From the human T2T-CHM13v2.0 reference genome, Homo sapiens, in NCBI RefSeq assembly GCF_009914755.1, contig NC_060925.1: DNA of 64,000 nt. One strand, 5' to 3'. This document shows, in pieces, positions 54,093 to 64,000 of this stretch. Positions within the stretch are counted from its first letter, which is position 1. Each line of letters starts with the position of its first letter. A model generated the notes under the pieces. It saw only the letters and a list, made by a program, of their open reading frames with translations. It was not told where the DNA came from and made no database searches. A program made the position numbers and the translations under genes.

Positions 54093-57029
54093 TTCTGATT
54101 AGTACTAAGATGGTGGATAGGAGGAAGGACTAGCTTGCAGCTCCCACTCAGATGGACAGAGTAGCATGTGGAAACTCACATTGTGAACTTTTGCTCCAAG
54201 AACTACTGCAGGAACATACCAGGAAAGCTGAGAGAAACCACAGACCCTTTGAAGGAACTGGATCACCACTGCGGGCTCCCTGAGACACTGAAAACCTGTG
54301 AATCTGTTTCCTTTCTCAACAGAGAGGCTCATGTTCTGGAATGAGTTCTCAGCCCTGGTCACCAGCTGCTTGGAAATAGACTCGGTGCTGTTATGAGGGC
54401 ACAGTGGGAGTACGGCTGGCCTTTAGGACTGTGGGCTATGTGGGAGCTTGGTGAGACTGGTGACTGCTGCCTTTCTCTCACTTCCCTGATGACCTGTGTG
54501 TTGCAACACAGGCAGCCATAATCTCCCTGGGAATATAACTCCATTAGACTGGAAACTACACCTGCATTGACCTCACAGCAGCAGCACAGCAAGCCCCACC
54601 CAAGGAGAGGCTGGGCTCGGACACGCCTATCTTTGCCCACACCTAATTGTCTTTCTCTACCCACTTTGGTAGCCGAAGGCAAAGGTCATAATCTCTTGGG
54701 AGCTCTAAGGCCCTGCCCACCAGCTGAGAAACATGAATACTTGAAAGGGTGTCCCTAGGGCAAGTTTGCATCCTCACTATAGGGCCCCAGCTCTTGCGCT
54801 CTGAAAGCATCACCTCCTGGCTGGAGGCCAACCAACACAAAACCAGTACACTAAACAAAAACACAACCAAAGACCCTCACAGAGTCCATTTTACTGCTCT
54901 GTTACCTCCCCTGGAGCAGGTGCCGGTACCCATGGCTGCAAGACCTGAAGACAGAACTCATCACAGGACTCTTTGAAGACACTCCCTAGTACCAGCCCAG
55001 AGCCTGGTAGCTCCCCTGTGTGGCTAGACCCAGAAGAGCAAAAGCAACTACTACAGTTTGGCTCTCAGGAAGTCCCTTTCCTAGGAGAGCTGGGAGAACA
55101 CCACATCAAGGGAGCACCCAGTGGGACAAAAAAAAAATCTAAACAGCAGCCCTTGAATCCCGGATTTTCCTTCTGAAATAGTCTACTCAAATGAGAAGGA
55201 ACCAGAAAAACAATTCTGATAATATAACAAAGCAAGGTTCATTAATACCCCTAAAAGATCACAGCAGCTCGCCGGCAATGAATCCAAATGAAGATAAAAA
55301 TCTCTGAATTGCCAGAAAAAAAAATTCAGAAGGTTATTAAGCTAATCAAGGAGGCATCAGAGAAAGGTGAAGTCCAACTTAAAGAAATCAAAAACATAAT
55401 GCAGAATATGAATATGAAAGGAAAATTCTTCAGTGAAATAGCATGAATAAAAAACAATAACAACTTCAAGGAAATCAAGAAAACACTGAGAGAAATGCAA
55501 AATGCATGGGAAAGTCTCACCAATAGAATTGAACAAGCAGACGAAAGACCCTCAGAGATGAAGACGATGTTTTTGAATTATACCAATCCATCCAAGACAA
55601 AGAAAAAAGAATTTTAAATAATGAAAAATCCGCCAAGAAGTTTTGAACTGTGTTAAATGTCCAAATCTAAGAATAATTCATGTTCCTGAAGAAGAAGAGA
55701 AATGTAAAAGTTTGGAAAATAATTAGGACTCACATAAACTTACTATAAAGGGGTGGAAGAAGATATTCCATGCAAATGTAAACCAAAATTGAGCAGGAGT
55801 GCCTACTCTTATATCAGAAAAAACAAACTTTAAAATATCAGCAGTTAAAAAAAGAAAAAAGAGGTACAGTATAAAATGATAAAAAGAGTAGTGCAACAGG
55901 AAAATTTCACAATTGTAAATATATATGCACCTAATTGTGAAACTCCCAATTATAAAACAATTACTACTAGACCTAAGAAATCAGATAGACAATAACAGAA
56001 AAACATTGGGGGACTTTAATACTCAATGGAGAACACTAGACATGTCATCAAAACAGAAAGTCAACTAAGCAACAATGAAATTAAACTATATACTACAACA
56101 AATGGACTTAACAGATATTTACAGAAGATTCTACCTAACCACTGCAGAATATACTATTCATCAGCACATGGAACATTCTCTGAGATAGACCATATGATAG
56201 GCCACAAAACAAGCCTCAGTAAATTTAAGAAAATCAAAATTATATCAAGTACTCTCTCAGACCATAGTGGAATAAAACTGGAAATCAACTCCAAAAGGAA
56301 CAATCAAAACCAGGCAAATACATGGAATTTCAATAACCTGCACCTGAAAGATTGTTGAGTCAACAATAAAATCAACATGGAAACTAAAAAAAATTATTTA
56401 AACTGAATGAAAATAGTGACACAGCCTATCAAAACCACTGGGATACAGCAAAAGCAGTGCTAAGAGGAAAGTTCATACCATTAAATGCCTACATCAAATA
56501 GTCTGAAAGAGCACAAATAGACAATCTAAGGTCACACCTCCCTGAACTGCAGAAACAAAAACAATCCAAACCCAAGCCCAGAAGAAGATCAGAGGAGAAC
56601 TAAATAAAATTGAAATAAACACAAAAATGCAAAAGATAAATGAAACAAAAAGCTGATCTTTGAAAAGATAAATAAAATTGGTAGACAATTAGTGAGATTA
56701 ACCAATCAAAGAAAAGATTTAAATAAACTCAATTAGAAATGAAACAGGTGACCGGGCGTGGTGGCTCATGCCTGTAATCCCAGCACTTTGGGAGGCTGAA
56801 GTGGGGGCATCATGAGGTCAGGAGTTCAAGATCAACCTGACCAACATGGTGAAACCCCATTGCTACTAAAAATACAAAAATCAGCCCAGTGTGGTGGCAT
56901 GTGCCTGTAATCTCAGCTACTCAGGAGGCTGAGGCAGGAGAATCGCTTGAACCCGGGAAGCAGAGGTTTCAGTGAGCCCAGATTGCACCAGTGCACTCTA
57001 GCCTGCACAACAGTGAGACTCCATCAAAA

Positions 57030-57062
<33 letters not shown>

Positions 57063-59949
57063 GAAAGAAAGAAGTGAAACAGGCAATAATAAAACTGGTA
57101 CCACAGAAACACAAAAGGTTATTCAAGGCTACTATGAACAGCTTTATACACATAAACTAAAAGACCTAGAGGAGATGGATAAATTTCTGGAAATATATAA
57201 ACCTCCAAGATTAAATGAGGAAAATATAGAATCTCTGAACAGACCAAAAATAAGCAGCAAGATTAAAATGGTAATTTAAAAAATGCCGACAAAAAAAAAG
57301 TCCAGGACCAGACAGATTCACAGCTGAATTCTATCAGACATTCAAAGAAGAATTAGTACCAATCCTATTGACTATTCCAAAAGATAAAGGAGGAATCTTC
57401 CCTAAATCATTCTATGAAGCCACTATCACCTCAATACCAAAAGCAGAGAAGGACATAACAAAAAAAGAAAAGTACAGACCAATATCCTTGATGAACATAG
57501 ATGCAAAAATCATCAACAAAATACTAGCAAACTAAATACAATGGCATATCAAAAAGATAATCCACCACGTTCAAGTGGGTTTCATACCAGGGATGCAGGA
57601 ATGGTTTAACATACCTAAGTCAATCAATGTGATATACCCCACATAAACAGAATTAAACAGAAAAATCACATGATCATCTAGATAGACAAGAAAAAGCATT
57701 TGACAAAATCCAGCATGCATTTACGATTAAAATCCTCAGCAAAATCGGTGTAGAAGGGACATACCATAAGATAATCAAAGCCAACTGTGAGAAATCCACA
57801 GCCAATAATAAACTTAATAGGGAAAAGTTGAAAGCATTTTGCATGAGAAATGGAATAAGACAAGGATGTCCGCTCTCACCACTCCTATTCAACATAGTAC
57901 TGGAAGTCCTAACTAGAGCAATAATACCAGAGAAAGAAATAAAGGGCATCCAAATTGGTAAAGAGGAAGGAAAACTGTCACTGTTTGTTGATGATATAAT
58001 CATATACCTAGAAAACCCTCAAGGCTCATCCAAAAAGCTCCTAGAACTGGTAAATGAATTCAGCAAAGTTTCAGGATACAAAATTAATGCACACAAACCA
58101 GTAGCTCTGCTATAAACCAACAGTGACCAAGATGAGAATCAAATCAAGAACTCAACCCCTTTTACAATAGCTGCAAACAAAAACAAAAACTAAAACTAAG
58201 GAATATACCTAACCAAGGACATGAAAGACCTCTACAAGAAAAACTACAAAACACTGCTGAAAGAAATCATTGATGACACAAACAAATGGAAACACCTCCC
58301 TTGCACATGGGTGGGTAGAATCAATAGTGTGAAAATGACCATACTGCCAAAGGCAATCTACAAATTCAATACAATTCCCATCAAATTGCCACCATCATTC
58401 TTCACAAAACTAGAAGAAACAATCCTAAAATTCATATGGAATCAAAATGGAGCCTGCACAGCCAAAGCAAAACTAAGCAAAAAGAACAAATCTGGAAATA
58501 TCACATTACCCAACTTCAGATTGTACTATAAAGTCATTATCATGAAAACAGCATGGTACTGGTATAAAAATAGGCACATGGACAAACCAAATAGAATAGA
58601 GAACCCAGAAATAATGTCAAATATTTACAGCAAACTGGTTTTCCACAAAGCAAACAAAAACATAAAGTGGGGAAAGGACAACCTATTCAACAAATGCTGC
58701 TGGGATAATTGGCGCGCCACATGTAGGATAATGAAATGGAATCCTCATCTCTCACCTTATACAAAAATAAATTCAAGGCCAATCAAAGACTTACGTCTAA
58801 AACCTGAAACCATAAAGATTCTAGAAGATAACATCGGGAACACCCTTCTAGATATTGGCTTAGGCAAAGACTTCATGATCGAGAACCCAAAAGAAAATGC
58901 AAAAAAAAAAAAAAAAAGAGGTGCGGGGATAAAAGATAAGACTAAATTAAACTAAAAAACTTCTGCAAAGCAAAAGAAATAATCAACAGAGTTAACAGAC
59001 AACCCAGAGAGTGGGAGAAAATCTTCTCAATCTATACATCTGGCAATGGAATAATATCCAGAATCTACAAAGAACTCAAACAAATCAGCAAGAAGAAAAC
59101 AAACAATCCCATCAAACTGGGATTGGGCTAAGGGACTTGAATAGACAGTTCTCAAGGAGATATACAAATGGCCAAAAAGCATAAGGAAAAATGCTGAACA
59201 TCACTAATTATCAGGGAAATACAAATCAAAACCACAGTGCAATACAAACTCACTCCTGCAAGAATGGCCATAATCAAAAAATCAAACAATAATAGATGTT
59301 GACATGGATGTGGTGAAAAGGGAACCCTTTTACACTGTTGATGGGAATGTGAACTATTACAACACTAGGAAAAACAGTGTGAAGATTCCTTAAACAACTA
59401 AAAGTAGATTTACCATTTGATCCAGCAATACCACTACAAGGTATATACTCAGAAGAAAAGAAGTCATTATACAAAAAAGGTACTTACATGTTGCATGTTT
59501 ATATCAACACAATTTGCAATTGCAAATAGATGGAATCAGCCTAAATGATCATCAGTCAATGAGTGGATAAATAAAAGGTGGTATATACATACCATGGGAT
59601 ACTATTCTTCCATAAAAATGAATTAATTAATAGCATTTGCAGCAACCTGGTTGGAATTGGAGACTATTATACAAAGTGAAGTCACACAGGCATGGAAATC
59701 CAAACATCGTATGTTCTCACTCATATGTGCCAGCTAAGCTATGAAACACCAAGGCATAAAAATGATACACTGGACTTGGGGACTTGGAAGAAATGTTGGG
59801 GACTGGAGAGGGCTAAAAGACTACACATTAGGTACAGCGAACACTGCTTGGTTGATCGCTGCACTAAAATCTCAGAAATCACCATTAAAGAACTTATTAA
59901 TGTAACCAAACACTATGTGTTTCCCAAAATGATAATGAAATTTAAAAAT
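54093..59949 (+). mobile_element. L1PB1-like near full-length element with internal ORF1-ORF2 deletion (about 55720)
   Basis: 5' aagatggtggataggagg..ggactagcttgcagctccc, ORF2 remnants 57828-58955, 3' gaaatcaccattaaagaacttatt; degenerate TSD 54073-54092 / 59950-59970. Confidence 0.85.
56750..57069 (+). mobile_element. AluS inserted in the L1PB
   Basis: Dimeric Alu, long A/GAAAA tail, TSD agaa(a/g)tgaaacagg. Confidence 0.95.
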
Positions 59950-60169
59950 AAAAATGGAATGTCTTTATTGAAAATGCCTTATATTGTAGTCATAACTGAA
60001 TTGAATATTAAAAAATCTAAAATAGTTTATCTGAAATAAATTATACTGGTACCCATCAATATGTTGAGCAATGCACACAATTAGTGATATTTTTAGGACT
60101 TAATAGAAAAAGAGAGACAATAAAAAGAAGACTTTAGCAGACAGCAAAACGTGAAATTTATGAGGTAAC

Positions 60170-61108
60170 TCAATCTCCAGACTTGCCCTTTCCTAAGATT
60201 TTCATTAATGCTCTGGTCACTTCCTTGTTGCGGAGGCTATAAATGAGAGGATTTAGCATGGGAGTGACGATGGTGTAGAATACAGACACCATCTTGTCCT
60301 GCATAGGAGAATGATGAGATGTGGGCTGAATGCACATGAACAAACCTGCTCCATAGTACATTCCCACCACCATGAGGTGAGAGGAACAAGTAGTAAAAGC
60401 TTTGCGACGTCCCTCTCCAGATCCCATGTGAATGACAGCCAGAATAACTCGAGCATAGGAAGTGATGATGATTGCAACAGGGAAAACAAGCATTACTATA
60501 CAGCAGATGAAAATAACCTCTTCAAATATTGATGTGTCATTGCATGAGAGGATTAGTAGGGAAGGGAAGTCACAGAAGAAGTGGGCTATTTCCCGAGACC
60601 CACAGTAGGAGAAGGAAAATGTCGCTACAGCATCAATGATTCCATCTGTAGAGCCCAGGATCCAGGAGAAGGCAGTCATAAGTCCACAAATTTTGGGTCT
60701 CATGAGATTGGTGTATCTTAGAGGGTGGCAAATGGCAGTGTAGCGGTCATAAGACATAACAGCCAACAGAAAGCATTCGGAGCCAAGCAATGATATATAG
60801 AAGAAAATTTGTGTGGCACAGCCAGCCATAGAAATGGACTTGCTGCCAGACAAGTAGTTGAAGGCCATCTTGGGTGCAGTGGTGCAGATGAGCATGAGGT
60901 CCATGAGGGACAGTTGGCTGAGGAGGAAGTACATGGGGGTGTGGAGCTGGGTATCCAGGTAGATGAGGAGAACCATGATGGAGTTTCCCATGAAGGCCAC
61001 TGAAAGGATGGCCAGGACCAGAAAGAAGAGGAAGGTGTGGGTGGGGCTATGATTGAAGATTCCCAGGAGGAGGAAGTCAGAGTTGAAGGTCTGATTCTCC
61101 CATGCCAT
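60170..61108 (-). CDS. OR2M7: Olfactory receptor family 2 subfamily M member 7 (312 aa, intact)
   Basis: MAWENQTFNSDF start, [49 protein letters not shown], ending GKGKSGD; candidate acceptor AGs at 61120 and 61127. Confidence 0.9.
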   Translation of the reverse strand: MAWENQTFNSDFLLLGIFNHSPTHTFLFFLVLAILSVAFMGNSIMVLLIYLDTQLHTPMYFLLSQLSLMDLMLICTTAPKMAFNYLSGSKSISMAGCATQIFFYISLLGSECFLLAVMSYDRYTAICHPLRYTNLMRPKICGLMTAFSWILGSTDGIIDAVATFSFSYCGSREIAHFFCDFPSLLILSCNDTSIFEEVIFICCIVMLVFPVAIIITSYARVILAVIHMGSGEGRRKAFTTCSSHLMVVGMYYGAGLFMCIQPTSHHSPMQDKMVSVFYTIVTPMLNPLIYSLRNKEVTRALMKILGKGKSGD

Positions 61109-61722
61109 GATGAATATGCCTGTTACCTAGCACCGCAAAAACAGTTCATTAATTTGATAAACATTTACCCAGTGCCTTATAAAGCATGTGATTATGGTAA
61201 ATTCTGTAGTTTGGTGATCAATACAGGATGGCCAGAATTATAAAACTCAAAGTTTAAGAATTATGGAATCATAAAGAAATATGTTCTCTCAGCAGTGTCT
61301 CACTTATAAAATTATGGAGCTTGTCCTAACTTTTCTTCTAAGCATTCTTTTTCTCCATTGAAAAATATAACAATATCTACTACATGATCAGTGGAGTTTT
61401 TCCAAAAAGAATATGTCTCCAAAGCAAACAGTTCCTAAAACATCAGAAGCCTGTTACAGGTAAATTGATAGAGAAATTCAGGTTCAGTCACCATGTGACC
61501 AACACAATACTAGAAATGGACAATAAATTTGTGCCTTTATTCACATGATAGTAGGCATTTTTCCTACCAGAGTTAAGAAAATGTGTATGTTTACCTATTA
61601 CTTTACAGTTTAAAGTATTTGATCTATACTTTATAGTAAGTTTTCTATACAGTAAGTGGATTCACTGAAAAGATTTTCAATTATACAAATCTAAGACATA
61701 TGCTCTTTTTTCTATAGCCCAG

Positions 61723-62157
61723 TGTGATGCATTGAATTATGTTTCTTCCCCAAAAGATAGCAAGTGAGCTTGTTTAGAAATACATAAAGGGTATAATTAG
61801 TTAAGGTGAGGTCAAGTTGGAGCAGAGTGGGTCTCTCTAATTCAATATGACTCATGTTCTGATAAGTGGGTGGCCATGTGAAGACTGAGACACTGAGGAT
61901 ACCATGTGATAGGGGAGGCAGGGATTGGAGTGGTGCATCTACAAATCAAGAAATGCCAAAAACTGTTAGTTATAACAGGAACCTGGGAGAGAGGAATGGG
62001 ACAGATTCATCCTCTTAGAGCCCTCAGAAGTGTCCAACCCTGCTGACAACTTGATTTCAGATTTCTAGACTCCAAAACTATGAGAGAATAAATTTCTATT
62101 GTTTTAGGTAACCTGTTTGTGATTTCTCTGTACTGGCATTCGTAGGAAATTAATACA
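61723..62157 (+). mobile_element. MLT1B/C-like MaLR LTR
   Basis: tgtgatgcattgaattatgt ... ccaaccctgctgacaacttgatttcagatttctagactcca ... ggaaattaataca. Confidence 0.8.
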
Positions 62158-62224
62158 TCCAATATATCCTATAGAAAATAAGTAGATATAAAAACAGAAA
62201 TTAAGAAAAGCATGAGATTCACCC

Positions 62225-62520
62225 TTTCAACAACATTTATGAAGCCTGGCTATGTGTTGATCACTGGGGCTACCACAGTGACCAGAATAAAGAAAGCCCG
62301 TGTCCATACAGGTCATAGTGAGTGTGATCAGATGATGATTATAAAACACTTTATGTCATAATAGGATAAACATTTTGGAGAAAAGTAAGTCAAAGAAGGG
62401 TGTTAGAAATGCACTAGTATGTTCACCTTTGAATAAAGTAGTCAAGGGAAACCTCACACATCTAATGGCTTTTGGCAAAGACTCTGAGCAAGTGAGAAAG
62501 ACACCAGATCACAGGAAAGG
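62225..62520 (-). mobile_element. L2 3' fragment
   Basis: ttcaacaacatttatgaagcctggctatgtg resembles the L2 3' end in antisense. Confidence 0.45.
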
Positions 62521-64000
62521 GTTGTACGTATATAAATTCCACAAAATGAAATGCAATAAATAGAACATACACAGAGAAAATAGAAATGTGTGGAAGATTT
62601 TGGGAAAACATAGGGTTTTCTAATTTAGAGTTATGTTTCTTGTATGTTGTGGCATTAAGTTTTTATTGTGTGAGATAATAATAAATGTATGAGCAAAGCC
62701 AATATGTGAAGGGAGATTATTCCAGGCAGTAAAAAATGATGTCATAAACAGAAAGACAAGCCTGGTGAGTAGACTCACTTGACAGAAATGTACTTTTTTC
62801 ATTTATTCATGCATCACATTTTAATGAAGAGACTGAAAACAACAACATCAATGAAAGGTGAAAAATCTAGGAGCAGCAAGGAAGTTAGAAGAAATCTGCA
62901 GAAGAGAAGGAATCTGGAATTTGTCCTCATGGGTTGAAATACAATTTTTTCAATAGGGAGGTAGTAAAGTATACCTTTTTGAGTTTTATTTATTTATATT
63001 AATTGTGAATAATATTGGTAAGAAAGAAAAAAAATACTCGAGCAGAGTTTTAAGTTTTCATTCAAGAACAACCTAACAAAACATGCCTCTTCAGTGCAGG
63101 GAAGACAGAGAAGGAATCTCCATAAGAGACTCTCATGAGATTAGAATGGCAATCTCTAAAATAAAAACAAATCATTTTTGTCAATCAGCATGAAGAGAGA
63201 AACAGGCTTCAACCTCCTCCCTTTCTGATTTTAAAACAAATGGTTATCAAGAAGTTGGATAAACCTGATCAGTGGTAGCTCAGATCCAGGTCCAGTCAAT
63301 GTCTTGAGAATGAGAAATAGGCATCTCTGGGATCTTCAGTGTTGGGGGTTTCCTACCAAAGGGTTCCCTTGTGTTGTCCTCAAGAGGAGGTGGGCTTTTA
63401 AGGTCAATCAGGGGAAAAGACGTTGTATTGCCTCAATAATTTCCAGTGCTTATGAGCTGAATTCGCTTCAAGAAAATAACTCATCTCAACTTACTTTATG
63501 GAACCACCTATTTCGACCATCATACTGTAGCTGTCCCAGTTTTCTTGATCTTGTCAACTGTTACAATACACAATTTATCCAAACTAAACTGTATTACCTC
63601 AAATTTCCACCATAATTTTTCTTTAACTCAGTCTGAAATATTACTCCAAGAAGGAAGCTATGTGGTCAAGTTCGCTTCTCCCTATGCTTCTTTTTCAGTT
63701 GGCAAAGTGTTCTTTACATTTGGGAAACACTACTTCCAAGTCACTAAGTTGAGATAAAATGGTGATTAATTCTACTTGATCACTTAGACATTTCTACCAT
63801 ATGTTTTACATTCCATTGAATGATGCAGCATTAAAACAAAATTGATTACAAATGTAAGTCTACATATCCCTCTGAATTGTCTCAGTCACATTAGTTTAGG
63901 CTGAACTTATATAAATGCACTCTTATTTGTCTCGTATTTTTCACCTCCTTTCATTGCCTCAAAATTCTCTTCATACCCACGTGCTAAAATTGCCTTCCTT

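Noticed and set aside
52417-55176. Dense cluster of overlapping ORFs on both strands
   Set aside because: They fall in GC-richer L1 5' UTRs where stop codons are rarer; no coding signature.

Overview
AT-rich, LINE-1-dense hominid (most likely human, chr1q44-type) olfactory receptor cluster; not prokaryotic. Three single-exon class II OR coding regions lie on the minus strand: OR2T33 (8963-9925), OR2T12 (30700-31656, first ATG disabled by a 1-bp deletion) and OR2M7 (60170-61108). OR2T33 and OR2T12 sit in two copies of a local duplication (about 4029-10187 and 20902-31921), so each copy shows the empty or ancestral state for events in the other. The main unexpected structure is that OR2T12 looks chimeric. 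About 260 bp upstream of its ATG, OR2T33 homology stops at a TSD-less L1PA3-like insert with poly(A) tails at both ends. Beyond that insert the DNA is a paralog of the OR2M7 upstream region. OR2T12 also has a private 137-bp inverted duplication in its putative 3' UTR. An AKIRIN2 processed pseudogene (41240-43530, minus) carries a 17/18-bp GC-rich minisatellite expanded inside its 5' UTR. The remainder is L1 (three twin-primed inversions, one 3' transduction), Alu, MIR, L2, LTR and DNA-transposon fossils. Gene names, repeat subfamilies and identity figures come from recall and manual comparison, not database searches.
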